Positions 1-9,880 of a DNA stretch of 64,000 bases are shown in pieces. A program made the position numbers and the translations under genes. Origin of the DNA: Planctomycetota bacterium (lineage in GTDB: Bacteria; Planctomycetota; JAJSAM01; JAJVHW01); NCBI GenBank assembly GCA_965248445.1, contig CBDFJG010000004.1:1152001-1216000 (forward strand). The letters are read 5' to 3'. How positions within the stretch are numbered: the stretch's first letter is position 1; each line of letters starts with the position of its first letter. A model generated the notes under the pieces. The model searched no databases. It saw nothing but the letters and a program-made list of their open reading frames with translations, and was not told the origin of the DNA.

Positions 1-1566
1 CCGGTCGCGGGTGCGACGGTCACGGCGAACTACATGGGCACCGCGCAACAGCGCCAGTGGGGATTCGTCGCCGGACTCGGCGGCAACCCGTCGGCGCAGA
101 CCGATGACGAGGGGCTCTTCGCCCTGCGCGGTCTGCAGCCGGGCAAGTACAGGTTGAACGCGAACGCGCCGGGGTACACGCCCGCGAAGTGGATCGAGCA
201 CGAGACCGGCGCCGGCGACGTCATCCTGAAGCTCGGTATGGGCGAACGCATCTCGGGGGTCGTGAAGGACGAGTCCGGCTCTCCGCTCGGCGGCATCCCG
301 GTGCAGGCAAAGCAAGCGGGCCAGGGCAACAACCGCAACCCGTGGGGCTGGGGCGGGGGCGGACCGCGTGTTTTCACCGCGGGCGACGGCACGTTCGAGT
401 TCCTGGATCTCGCGGAGGGCGCGTACGACCTGACGGTCTCGGCAGCGTGGATCTGGGGTCGCGAGGTCAACGTCGAAGACACGAACAAGGCCGGCGTGCG
501 CACGGGCACCGACGACCTCGAGATCGTGGTGAAGGCCGGCCACGTCATCGAGGGCACGGTGATCGACAACGACAAGAAACCCGTGGCCGTCGGCTGGGTG
601 TACTCGCAGTTCCAGGGCGCCAACAATCAGCGGAACTGGGCCAACCAACGCTGGGCAAAGCTCTCCGCAGACGGCACGTTCCGGCTGGCCGGCCTGGCCC
701 CGGGGACGTACACGCTGACGGCGTACGGCGACTTCATGCAGACGCAGAAGAAGGGCGTCTCCACCGGCACGGACAACGTCGAAGTCGAGGTCAAGCGCGG
801 CATCACGATCCGCGGCACGTTCATCGACGAGAAGGGCCTGGCCCCTTCGCGGACGCCAAACGTGCAGATGCGCCGTCCCGGCGAACAGAACTGGCAGGGC
901 AAGGAGATGATCGTGACCGGCGGGGGTGACTTCGTGATCACGGGGCTGGACGAGGGCAACTGGGACATCAACTTCCAGGCCTGGGGCAAGGCCCCCGTAA
1001 TGCTCGAGAACATCGCCGCTGGGACCGTGGGGCTGGAGGTCCGGATCGTCGAGGGCCTCGAGATCGCGGGCGTCGTGGTCGACGCGTCCGGATCACCGCT
1101 GTCCGGAGTTCGGGTCGACGCGACGCAGCTGAACGTCCCCGCCGGCGGCCGGGCGTCCAACGGCAACGGACGCACCAACGACAAGGGCGAGTTCTCCATC
1201 AAGGGACTCTTGGACGGCGAGTTCCGCCTGTTCCTGCGCGCGAACAACATGGCGATCAAGATCGTCGAGCCGATCGCCGCAGGCGCGGACGGTCAGCGCT
1301 TCGTGATGGACGCGGGGCTACCGATCACAGGAACCGTGAAGACACCGGACGGCACGGGCACGCAGGCGAACCTGCAGCTCCTGCTCGACGGCCAGCAGCT
1401 CTCGTGGTCGCGGTGCGACGCGCAGGGCAACTTCACGATCCAGAATGCGCCGAGCAGCGGGACGTTCAGCATCCGCGTGTACGCAAGCGTGGACGGGAAG
1501 AACTACAACTTCGTCCACGAGAACGTCGAAGCGGGCGCGGAAAACGTCGAGATCACGCTGAAGTAG
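1..1566 (+). CDS. Carboxypeptidase-regulatory-like (beta-sandwich repeat) domain protein, 5' partial
   Basis: Open frame from base 1. Repeated 'I.G.V.D..G.P..G..V' and 'TD..G.F...GL..G.Y.L' units. Confidence 0.8.
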   Translation, partial: PVAGATVTANYMGTAQQRQWGFVAGLGGNPSAQTDDEGLFALRGLQPGKYRLNANAPGYTPAKWIEHETGAGDVILKLGMGERISGVVKDESGSPLGGIPVQAKQAGQGNNRNPWGWGGGGPRVFTAGDGTFEFLDLAEGAYDLTVSAAWIWGREVNVEDTNKAGVRTGTDDLEIVVKAGHVIEGTVIDNDKKPVAVGWVYSQFQGANNQRNWANQRWAKLSADGTFRLAGLAPGTYTLTAYGDFMQTQKKGVSTGTDNVEVEVKRGITIRGTFIDEKGLAPSRTPNVQMRRPGEQNWQGKEMIVTGGGDFVITGLDEGNWDINFQAWGKAPVMLENIAAGTVGLEVRIVEGLEIAGVVVDASGSPLSGVRVDATQLNVPAGGRASNGNGRTNDKGEFSIKGLLDGEFRLFLRANNMAIKIVEPIAAGADGQRFVMDAGLPITGTVKTPDGTGTQANLQLLLDGQQLSWSRCDAQGNFTIQNAPSSGTFSIRVYASVDGKNYNFVHENVEAGAENVEITLK

Positions 1567-1569
1567 CCC

Positions 1570-1620
1570 GCATCGTTCAACGGGTCCCATCGTTCAGAGG
1601 GTCCCATCGTTCACCAGGGT
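1570..1620. repeat. Intergenic imperfect tandem repeat, three CATCGTTCA units linked by GGGTCC
   Basis: catcgttca-acgggtcc-catcgttca-gagggtcc-catcgttca-ccagggtc, between convergent genes. Confidence 0.8.
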
Positions 1621-1629
1621 CGGGCCGGC

Positions 1630-2036
1630 TCAGCGCCGGTACGCGTCGAACCACGTCCCGCAGTGCTCGCACTGCACGTCACCTCGCGGGGAGACCTGCG
1701 CGTGCTTCGACGACGCCGCGCAATTCGGACACTTCAAGTCCATCGCACGGCCGCGCGGCACGGCGTCATCCGAATCGTCCTCGGACAGCCACTCGTCGTC
1801 GTCGGGGTCCGGTTCGATGCGCCGCTCCTGCCGCGGCGGCTCGGCCAGCGCGTCGAGACGTTCGCGCTCTCGGCGGGCCCGACGGCGGGCACCGCGCGGA
1901 ATCAGCGCGCCGCCGAACACGAGGAACGCGAACGGCATCAGCGCGGTGTACGGCCGCCCGCTCTCGTAGGCCTTGACCGTCATGAGCCCGTGAGGCCGAT
2001 CCAGAGGAGCCAGAAGAGGAACGCACCGCCGCGCAC
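1630..2036 (-). CDS. Small membrane protein with C-terminal zinc ribbon; probable 1-nt frameshift near 1988 (ORF track gives 1630..1983)
   Basis: CPNC...CEHC motif, TM helix and acidic linker. An upstream GTG at 2036 with an RBS encodes the hydrophobic RGGAFLFWLLWIGLTG in a different frame. Confidence 0.6.
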
Positions 2037-2048
2037 TGACTGCGTCCC

Positions 2049-3473
2049 TTACCTGGTCTGCCCCGCCGCGATCTCACGCTGGATCGCTTGCGTCGCCTCG
2101 GCCCGCGCCTCGTCATTCCACCGCCCGCTGTACGGCTCCTTCACGGCGTGCAGACGCTGCAACTGCCGATACGCGAACGTGCGGAGGCGCGCGTCGGGAC
2201 TCGCAAGAGCGCCCACGAAGTCCTGCGTCGCGGTTCTCGCGATGTCGCCGCCGGAGCGCGCGTATGCGGTCAGCCGGACGAACGGATCGGAATCCTCGCG
2301 TGCAGACGTCAGCACGTCGTTGCGCTGTGACTTCGGCAGTCGTCCCGTGGAGTTGACGGCCGCACGGCGCACGTCCGCGTTCGGATCGCTCCGGGCGAGA
2401 TCAGCCACGGTGCCCCACGTCTGCTTGACGAGCGCGTTGTCGACCTTCTTGTCCTTCCAGTACCGGCCCGTGTGATGCATGCCGTAGGCGAGCGCCGTCA
2501 CGCGCACGCTCGGGTCCTCGTCGGCCAGCCCGGCGCGCAGCGTGCCCAGCGGCATGGCCCTGTTGGACGTCAAGATCCGCAGCGCGCTGGCGCGCACCGC
2601 GGGGTCGCTCTCCTTCAGCAGGGGTTCGAGCATCGCAACGGTGTCCGCGTCTGGACGCCCTGCCGTCAACGCGCGCAGCGCGGCCAGCCGTTCCTTGGCC
2701 GGTGCTGTCGGCGTCGTCGCGACGTGCAGCAGCTCGGCACGCGCAGCGGGATCGCGCCTCGCCTGCGAGAGCGTGCGCAGCAGGGCAGCCCGAACCGAGG
2801 GGTCGGTCTCCTCACGGAACAGCTCGCTGATCTCCTTCATGTACGCCGCGCGCGCGCGCAGCGAGGTCACTCCGCGGGTCAGTTCCAGGCGGATCTCCGG
2901 ATCCGTCTCCGCGCTCAGCGCCTCGATCAACTCCTCGGGCAGATGGTCGCGGTGCGGCCAGCGCACCAACATCTGGGCCGCGAGGAGGCGCACCTCCTTG
3001 GGCGCCTCACCGTCGGAGAGCACGGCCTGAAGTGTCGCCCGCGCCTCATCGGAGTCGTCGCCGCGCAGCGCACGGATCGCCGACGCGCGCAGAACCGGAT
3101 CGTCCGACGAGAGCGCCAGTTCGCGCAGCTCGGGAGTGGTGTACGGGCGGCCCTCCGGGTGCACGAGCGCGAGACGCACCCGCAGCGAGGCCATCAAGTC
3201 GTCTTCCTCGGTCTCCTGCTCCGGCTGCACCGAAGTGTCCGCCCGCGAGCCGTAGCGTCGCTCGCGCCGCTGCACGAGTGACTCGAGCGATTCGATGCGC
3301 GCGGCGGCCTCCTCCGGGCTGAGCGCGCGCAGGTCTCCGCTGTCGTCGCGGACGAGCACCTCGGCCTGCGGCGCCTCGACCTCGGCGGGCCCGCCGGAGC
3401 CGACCACGGAACCGACGACCACGCCGAGTCCGGCGAGGCCGAGCCCTGCGAGCACGAGAGCGAGGTTGCGCAC
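2049..3473 (-). CDS. HEAT-repeat protein with N-terminal membrane anchor
   Basis: Repeated 'D.DP.VR..A...L' motifs; hydrophobic N-terminus. Confidence 0.85.
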   Translation of the reverse strand: MRNLALVLAGLGLAGLGVVVGSVVGSGGPAEVEAPQAEVLVRDDSGDLRALSPEEAAARIESLESLVQRRERRYGSRADTSVQPEQETEEDDLMASLRVRLALVHPEGRPYTTPELRELALSSDDPVLRASAIRALRGDDSDEARATLQAVLSDGEAPKEVRLLAAQMLVRWPHRDHLPEELIEALSAETDPEIRLELTRGVTSLRARAAYMKEISELFREETDPSVRAALLRTLSQARRDPAARAELLHVATTPTAPAKERLAALRALTAGRPDADTVAMLEPLLKESDPAVRASALRILTSNRAMPLGTLRAGLADEDPSVRVTALAYGMHHTGRYWKDKKVDNALVKQTWGTVADLARSDPNADVRRAAVNSTGRLPKSQRNDVLTSAREDSDPFVRLTAYARSGGDIARTATQDFVGALASPDARLRTFAYRQLQRLHAVKEPYSGRWNDEARAEATQAIQREIAAGQTR

Positions 3474-3482
3474 GCGGGGAAT

Positions 3483-5324
3483 CTACCCGCCCGTGGACCC
3501 GGGAGGGTGCGCAGGATCGAGCGTGCCGCTCCGCGTGTGCGTCGCGACGAGCCACTTCCCGAGGCGTCCGCCCATCCAGCGCTTCGTGACGATGCGGTCT
3601 CCTAGCACCAGTGCGTCGATGTCCGTGCGCATGAAGCAGAGCACGGCGTCCAGCGGGGTCTCGACGATTGGCTCGCCTTTCACGTTGAACGAGGTGTTGA
3701 CGAGGACGGGCACGCCGGTGAGGGCGCCGAACGCCTCGAGCAGCGCGTGCAGTTCCGGGCGCTGTTCGGCAACCACGGTCTGCAACCGCGCCGTCCCGTC
3801 CACGTGCACGACCGCCGGGATCTGATCACGCTTGTCCTCGCGCACCCGCCGCACAAAGAGCATGTGGGTGCTGTCCGGGCCGGGTTCGAACCAGTCGTCC
3901 GCACGCTCGATCGGCACCGCCGGCGCAAACGGCCGGAACGCCTGCCGGTGCTTCACGCGCGCATTGAGCCGCTCCTTCGCGTGCGGATCTCGGGGATCGC
4001 AGAGCAGAGAGCGCTGCCCGAGCGCACGCGGTCCCAGTTCCGCCCCACCCTGGAACCAGCCGATCACCTGGCTGTCGGCGAGCAACTTCGCCGTCTCGGC
4101 TGCTACGTCGCTCACCTCGCGCACACGCAGGAACGCCGCGATGGGCATGACGGCGAGCGCCTCGTCGATGTCGTCTCCGCTGTACTGACGCCCGAAGCCG
4201 TCGGTCCCCATCACGTAGCGCCGCGGGTTCTCCGACAGCGTGATGTCGCCGTAGAGCGCGCAGCCGAGCGCGATTCCCGTGTCCCCCGCCGCCGGCTGGA
4301 CCCACACGGACTCGAAAGGCGTCTCCTCGAGCAATCGCGTGTTCGCGACGCAATTCAGCATGACGCCGCCCGCACAGACGAGGTGCTTCGCGCCGGTCTT
4401 CTCGTGCAGCCAGTGAGCGCGTTCGAGCAGTGACTCCTCCAGATCCGTCTGCACGCGGAATGTCAGGTCCCGCCACTCCTTCGCATGCGGGCTCTCCTCC
4501 CACTTGCGATTGCGCTCGCCGGGTGTGGTCTTCGCATCAGGCGACGGCGCGTAGGGGTGGCAGAGGAACTCCGGCCAACGGGTCTCCGCCCAGGTGCGGC
4601 CGTCGCGCACGCCCATGAGCGGCGGCAGGTCGTCCCGCGCGCGCCCGTAGGCCGCGAGCCCCATCACCTCGCCGCAGCGATTCCAGTTGTCGAACACGTA
4701 CTCCGCGACACGTGAGTACGTCGCGCCCAGCCCGGGAAGTCGCGTGAACTCCTCCGACAAGACGCCCGGCGCCGCGGGCAGCCATTCCTTGTGCAACGGA
4801 GTCAGTTCCGTGCCGCTGAACGTGTAGTACGACTCGGACTCGCGATCCGACGCGTGTCCGGGCGGGCTACCGGGTGGCACGTCCATCGCGTCGCGGCGGT
4901 GACTGCCGACGCCGTCGATGATCATCACGGCGCCGTCGTCGAACGGACTCGCCGCGAATGCGCTGTACGCGTGCGCCAAGTGGTGCGACACGGTCGCTGC
5001 GCGGGTGTTGCGGAAGAGCAACGATCCGAGAGCCATCTTCCGCTCCTCGCCGGGCAGGTGCAGGGCGTGGGGCCGGGAGAGCAGATCGTGCTCCATCTCC
5101 GCAACGTCGAGGGCGTAGGAGTTCTGGACCAGCACGTCGATGTCGGTGAGCGCGATGCCGGCCGTGCGCAGGCAGTAGCCGACGGCGGCGTCCGGAATGC
5201 CGCCGTCGTTCTTCCGCCGCGTGATGCGCTCCTTGGCGATGCCGACCACCGGCCGTCCGTCCGCCAGCAGGACGGCGGCGACGTCATGGTCGTACTTGTT
5301 CAGACCGAGCACGTAGCGTGGCAC
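3483..5324 (-). CDS. Carbamoyltransferase, CmcH/NodU/TobZ family
   Basis: HD..A, ERITRRK, HHLAHAYSAF, DGVG, GGVMLNCVAN, ELGPRALGQRS, FRPFAP, VHVDGTARLQTV, NTSFN motifs. Confidence 0.95.
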   Translation of the reverse strand: MPRYVLGLNKYDHDVAAVLLADGRPVVGIAKERITRRKNDGGIPDAAVGYCLRTAGIALTDIDVLVQNSYALDVAEMEHDLLSRPHALHLPGEERKMALGSLLFRNTRAATVSHHLAHAYSAFAASPFDDGAVMIIDGVGSHRRDAMDVPPGSPPGHASDRESESYYTFSGTELTPLHKEWLPAAPGVLSEEFTRLPGLGATYSRVAEYVFDNWNRCGEVMGLAAYGRARDDLPPLMGVRDGRTWAETRWPEFLCHPYAPSPDAKTTPGERNRKWEESPHAKEWRDLTFRVQTDLEESLLERAHWLHEKTGAKHLVCAGGVMLNCVANTRLLEETPFESVWVQPAAGDTGIALGCALYGDITLSENPRRYVMGTDGFGRQYSGDDIDEALAVMPIAAFLRVREVSDVAAETAKLLADSQVIGWFQGGAELGPRALGQRSLLCDPRDPHAKERLNARVKHRQAFRPFAPAVPIERADDWFEPGPDSTHMLFVRRVREDKRDQIPAVVHVDGTARLQTVVAEQRPELHALLEAFGALTGVPVLVNTSFNVKGEPIVETPLDAVLCFMRTDIDALVLGDRIVTKRWMGGRLGKWLVATHTRSGTLDPAHPPGSTGG

Positions 5325-5368
5325 CGCGCCATCTTCACCAGCACCACGGCCTGGACTAGAGTCTCTTC

Positions 5369-6361
5369 ATGCCGATATCGCTCCGCGCCGCGATGCGACT
5401 CCTCGAGAAGGGCGATCTCGCCGGTGCTGCGGAGGCGCTGGACGGACTCGCCGGGTCGGACGGGCACGGCGTCATCGCGCGATTTCGCCAGGCCGAGTCC
5501 CTGTCCCGGCTGGGACGCCACGGCGAGGCCGTGACCGCGGCGGAGCAGGCGGCGAAGGACGCCCCCGAGAGCGCTGCGGCGGCCCTCTGGCTGCTCCAGG
5601 CCCGGTCGGAGTCGGGGGACCTCGCCGGGGCCGCCGCGACGCCCTTGCCGGCGACCTCCGTCGAATCGCTCGGTTTCCTCTCCGACGGATACGCAGCGCT
5701 GGCCCGGCTCGCCGGCGGTGACCGGACGCACCTCGAGGCGGACCGCGAGGCGATCCTCGCCACGCACCACCACCCGCTCTACTCGCTGACGCTGCGCGCC
5801 CTCGAGGGGCTGCGACTCTCCGCCGCCGTTCGGAGTCCGGATCTGATCTCCGGGTGGTCGGCGCTCGAGTGCCGCCTCGAGATGGCGGACGAGAAGCGGC
5901 GTGAGCACCCGACGCCGCCGGACGCGAAGAGCGGCGGCGCCGTCGTGCGCTACCTGCGTCTGCATTGGTCGTGCGACGACCATGCGGTGCTCATTGCCGC
6001 AACGCGTCAGGTCGGCAACCCCGACGGGCTGGACGAGGCGGAGCTCGAGACGCACCTCGCGTTCGGTCGCGTCGATCAGGCCGTGGCCCTCGCAGACCGG
6101 CTGGCGGACGATGCCGGCAAGCACGCCTCGGGCGAGCTCGCGATCGACCGTGCACGGGCCCGGCAGCTCCGAGGCGAAGCGGCGCGACCCCGCGATTTCT
6201 CCGGATTCGACGACGCGCGCAAGCGCCTCGCACAGATCGTGTCGTGGCTCGACATGAACGCAGCGCTGCTCGAGGGCGACGGCGTCACCGCCCGCGAGTG
6301 CGCCGACGCCGTGGCGGACGTCGCCAAGCGCGAGTTCGTCGAGGCCGCGCTCGCCCTTTGA
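5369..6361 (+). CDS. Hypothetical alpha-helical/TPR-like protein
   Basis: 330-aa ORF with TPR-like helices; TAGAGT lies 6 nt upstream of the ATG. Confidence 0.65.
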   Translation: MPISLRAAMRLLEKGDLAGAAEALDGLAGSDGHGVIARFRQAESLSRLGRHGEAVTAAEQAAKDAPESAAAALWLLQARSESGDLAGAAATPLPATSVESLGFLSDGYAALARLAGGDRTHLEADREAILATHHHPLYSLTLRALEGLRLSAAVRSPDLISGWSALECRLEMADEKRREHPTPPDAKSGGAVVRYLRLHWSCDDHAVLIAATRQVGNPDGLDEAELETHLAFGRVDQAVALADRLADDAGKHASGELAIDRARARQLRGEAARPRDFSGFDDARKRLAQIVSWLDMNAALLEGDGVTARECADAVADVAKREFVEAALAL

Positions 6362-6390
6362 GCGGGTATGCTCGGCAGCCGGAGGTGAGG

Positions 6391-8550
6391 ATGCGCCTGT
6401 TGCCCCGCGCGATCGCCGCGCTGCTGTTCTGCCTGCTGACCGGCTTGGCCGGCACGGCGGGCGCCGCCGACGAGCGGATCGAGGCGGCGAAGGCTCTCAC
6501 CAAGGCGGGGAAGTACGCGCAAGCGGCCGCAGCGTGGCAGGTCGTCCTCGACGAGCTCCCGAAGGACCTGGTGGTCACGAACGGCGACGCGCACTGGTTC
6601 GCCGCCCAGGCGAATCGCAACCACGGTGAGATCGAGACGTCGATTGCACTGCTGCGCGCCTACCTCAAGAAGCACGCCGACGAGGACGGTGCCTTCCGCG
6701 CCAGCCGCGGACTGTTCCTCGATCTCGCGGGCGAGGCCGACGACGCGGCGACACAGACGCTCGGGAAGAAGCACCTCGCCCGGTGGCCCAGTTCGAGAGG
6801 CTCGTACGGGGTCGCCGCCACGTACCTGCGACGCGGATGGAAGCTCCCGAAGCTGAAGTCGTCGTACGCCGCGATCCGGAGCTGGACGTACGACCGGACG
6901 AGCGTTTCCAAGGACCCCGACCTCCGCATCGCTTTCATCGAACTGATCGAGCGCCGGTTCCCGAAGGAGGACGCGGTCAAGGACGGCTCCACTCTCTACA
7001 CCAAGGGCTACGGGCACCACATGGCCGGCCGCCAGGACGAGGCAATCAAGCTGTTCCGCAAGTACCTGGCACGGCGGGACGACAATCTGGAAACGGTCAC
7101 GCGGTACTTCCTGGCGGAGGCGCTGCTTGCGCTGGATCCGCCGGACATGGAGAAGGCGCGCAAGCACCTGGCGGCCGTGTCCAAGACGGGCGGCAAGTAC
7201 GGAGAGCGGGCGGACCGTCGGCTACAGGGGCTGGCCGCCGGGGGAGCGGCGCGCCTGAAGCTCGCTGACGGATTCCCGCAGGAGGACGGTCTCGGCAAGG
7301 TCGTGGTGCTGACGTCCTACGCGGCCGGATCGGCGGAGCGCAAGGCGTTGAAACCGCTGATCGACTTCCACGGCGCGAAGGTCGAACGGTTCGAGATCGA
7401 CAAGACGGAGCGCGTGCCCGCGAAGTTGAAGAAGCACGGCGCGGAGTTCGTGATCGTCGCGGTCCCGGCGCTCGTCATCGACATCAACTTCCACTACGAC
7501 ATCCTCGAGATCTGCCGCGACCTGGACGACGACCCGCTCCCGGACTTCCACTTCGGCTACTTCGTTGCCCGCGAGCCGTCGGATCTTGCGGCGCTCGCGG
7601 AGCGGACGGTTCGGCTGCACGAGGCAGCGCGGAAAACGGCCGCCATGGCGACGGTGCCGCTGACGAAGTCGAACGCGAAGAAGCTGACGGAGCTCGACGC
7701 GGTCCTCCACTTCGGCCACGGGTCGCCCTGGGACGTGAACGACGGGATGACCGGTGTAGAGGTCGGTCGACTGGAACTGCCGCGTGCTCCGCTCGTCGTC
7801 TCCGGGGCGTGCTTCAACGGAGTTTGCAGCCGCAGCTACCACCCGTCGGCGTACCAGCCAATCCACCTGCGGCCGCAGACGATCGATCCGTCGAAACTCA
7901 TGACGCTGAACTGGGTGACGGCAGGCGTCTCCGGCTACCTGGCCGCGCTCGAGGCCGACCGTGGCGAAATGGCGATCGCGGAGTGGAGCCGCCTGCGGCA
8001 GCACGCGGAACCGCAGGGCGCGGTGATCGGACATCAGTACCGCACCGTGTTCACCAGCTTGCCCGCGAACTTCAAGGCGTTCCGGCGCTATCGGCTGGGC
8101 GTCACGAAAGACACGTCGTTCTACCGGGTCATGCTGCGCGGCGCCGTCTCGCGGCTCCTGATCGGCGACCCGTCGCTGCGGCCGCTCGCGGCCCCGGTCG
8201 ACGAACCCGCACTCGCATTCGGGTGGGTGGCCGGCGGCGGTGGGCACGTCCTCACCGCCCGTGTCGTCCGCTTCGACCAAGGCACGTCGCAGGAGTACCT
8301 GCCCACGTCGGGGGATCGGTTCCGCCAGCGCATGTACGTGCGCGCCGCCGTCCCGGAAGGAGCGGACGCGCTCGGCGCACACACCGTCACGTTGAGACGC
8401 GACAAGGGAGAGCTGCGACCCGCCGCCGTCCGACTGTACGACGAGGTGTGGGGCGGCCGCCGCTACGTCAACCTGAAGATCGAGAGCAACGACGGAAGCC
8501 TCGGCAGCCCCGGCACGACGATGACGTGCATCTTCGCAGTAGCGAAGTAG
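6391..8550 (+). CDS. Secreted TPR protein with a C-terminal caspase/gingipain (peptidase C25)-like domain
   Basis: RBS GGAGGTGAGG before ATG 6391; signal peptide; TPR helices; HFGHG, SGACFNG and LLIGDP motifs. Confidence 0.7.
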   Translation: MRLLPRAIAALLFCLLTGLAGTAGAADERIEAAKALTKAGKYAQAAAAWQVVLDELPKDLVVTNGDAHWFAAQANRNHGEIETSIALLRAYLKKHADEDGAFRASRGLFLDLAGEADDAATQTLGKKHLARWPSSRGSYGVAATYLRRGWKLPKLKSSYAAIRSWTYDRTSVSKDPDLRIAFIELIERRFPKEDAVKDGSTLYTKGYGHHMAGRQDEAIKLFRKYLARRDDNLETVTRYFLAEALLALDPPDMEKARKHLAAVSKTGGKYGERADRRLQGLAAGGAARLKLADGFPQEDGLGKVVVLTSYAAGSAERKALKPLIDFHGAKVERFEIDKTERVPAKLKKHGAEFVIVAVPALVIDINFHYDILEICRDLDDDPLPDFHFGYFVAREPSDLAALAERTVRLHEAARKTAAMATVPLTKSNAKKLTELDAVLHFGHGSPWDVNDGMTGVEVGRLELPRAPLVVSGACFNGVCSRSYHPSAYQPIHLRPQTIDPSKLMTLNWVTAGVSGYLAALEADRGEMAIAEWSRLRQHAEPQGAVIGHQYRTVFTSLPANFKAFRRYRLGVTKDTSFYRVMLRGAVSRLLIGDPSLRPLAAPVDEPALAFGWVAGGGGHVLTARVVRFDQGTSQEYLPTSGDRFRQRMYVRAAVPEGADALGAHTVTLRRDKGELRPAAVRLYDEVWGGRRYVNLKIESNDGSLGSPGTTMTCIFAVAK

Positions 8551-8553
8551 TCA

Positions 8554-9153
8554 TCACCGCGCGCGGAATAGCAGCCTCTGAAGTTCCTGTCCGCGCGCCA
8601 CCTCGCGGAGTTCCTCCCACGATAGGCGTCCGTCCCTGGTCACGCGCACGCGTAGGTCGATCAGCCGCGGAGCGTCGAAACCCCCGTCGATCACCGGCTC
8701 CTCCACTTCGATTCCGTCGGCTCTCTCGATCGCCGTGCGCGCCGCCGCTCCGAACTCCGCGGCCTGCTCCTCGAAGTGCGGGGTGAGCCCCCCGGAATTC
8801 GGCGAAGAGAACGGCAGTCCAGGCGGCGCTCCCTCGAGCCCGAGGAAGCGCACGAGATCCAGGTACTGCATCGCCCGATCCGGGGAGTCGATCGGCACGA
8901 GGTAGCGGCGCAGATCGTCGATCGTCTCGAGATCGATTTCGTGCTCCGACGTGCGCACGGCGTAGAGCTCGGGCGAGGGTGCGTATTCCGGCTGCGTGTA
9001 GCGCACCATCAGTGCGCTCTCTTGCAGCAACGAGTGCGGCCCGCTGCCCGACTCGACCCACGCGCCCGACAGTGATCTGCACGACGAACCCGAGAGGACG
9101 GCCACCAGGACGACCACGACGACGATACCGAGCCCGAAAAGCGTGTTGCGCAC
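8554..9153 (-). CDS. Hypothetical membrane-anchored protein (paralog of 9278..9880)
   Basis: N-terminal TM; shares DDLR..L.PID.P..A..Y..L.R.L.L.G.PPG and RL.DLR..VT.DG....EELRE.AR with its neighbour. Confidence 0.75.
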   Translation of the reverse strand: MRNTLFGLGIVVVVVLVAVLSGSSCRSLSGAWVESGSGPHSLLQESALMVRYTQPEYAPSPELYAVRTSEHEIDLETIDDLRRYLVPIDSPDRAMQYLDLVRFLGLEGAPPGLPFSSPNSGGLTPHFEEQAAEFGAAARTAIERADGIEVEEPVIDGGFDAPRLIDLRVRVTRDGRLSWEELREVARGQELQRLLFRAR

Positions 9154-9191
9154 GCGCAGAGCGTACGGCCCCCGGGGCGCGAGCGCGTCGG

Positions 9192-9271
9192 GCGGGAATG
9201 CCGAGCGTCGTGATGTAGATGACGGCCTGGCTCTCGGGGATGGCGAGCGCCCGATTCATCTCGTCGTCGAA
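9192..9271 (-). repeat. 80-bp duplicate of the 3' end of the nitroreductase gene (9881..9960)
   Basis: 75/80 identical; encodes FDDEMNRALAIPESQAVIYITTLGIPA. Confidence 0.9.
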
Positions 9272-9277
9272 CTAGCG

Positions 9278-9880
9278 CTAGCGACCGCCGAACATGAGCG
9301 ACCGCGTCGCGGCGTCGCGGGCGATCTCACGCAACTCCTCCGAGGTGATCGCACCGTCCGGCGTCACGTGCAGGCGCAGGTCCACGAGCCGCATGCCGCC
9401 GGATGCGTCGGCGACGAGAGCCGGTTCGCGTATCTCGATGCCGGTGTCGGTCTCCGCGAAGCTCCGCTCGGTGGCGCCGAGGGCGAGCGCCTGCTCATCG
9501 AAGTCGAAACCGAGCCCGCCCTGTGACGGCGATGCGTGCCCGATCCCCGGCGGCGATCCCGCGAGCCGCAGGTAGCGCAACAGGTAGACGTACATCTTCG
9601 CGAGACGCGGCGTGTCGATGGGCAGCAGCTGCGGCCGCAGGTCGTCCACTGCGTGCAGCACGATGTCGTCGTCGCCCGCGCGCACCACGTACGACGGCGT
9701 CGGGTGCGACTTCGGATCCGCAACGTCGTACCGCGTCACGAGCAGCACACCCTCGGGCAGCAACTCGTGTGGCGTCGGGTACTCCTCGAAGACCGTCGCG
9801 GAGCGGCAGCCGTACGCGAGTGCGACCGCCAGCCCCGAGAAGACGAGGAACGTGAGCAGCCCGTGCAGGGCGTCCTTCAT
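9278..9880 (-). CDS. Hypothetical membrane-anchored protein (paralog of 8554..9153)
   Basis: ATGA overlap with the upstream gene; paralogous motifs. Confidence 0.78.
   Translation of the reverse strand: MKDALHGLLTFLVFSGLAVALAYGCRSATVFEEYPTPHELLPEGVLLVTRYDVADPKSHPTPSYVVRAGDDDIVLHAVDDLRPQLLPIDTPRLAKMYVYLLRYLRLAGSPPGIGHASPSQGGLGFDFDEQALALGATERSFAETDTGIEIREPALVADASGGMRLVDLRLHVTPDGAITSEELREIARDAATRSLMFGGR

Noticed and set aside
5965..6390. N-terminal extension of the 861-aa ORF (likewise 11443..11874 of the nitroreductase)
   Set aside because: These overlap real neighbouring genes, and a good RBS or signal peptide marks the later starts.
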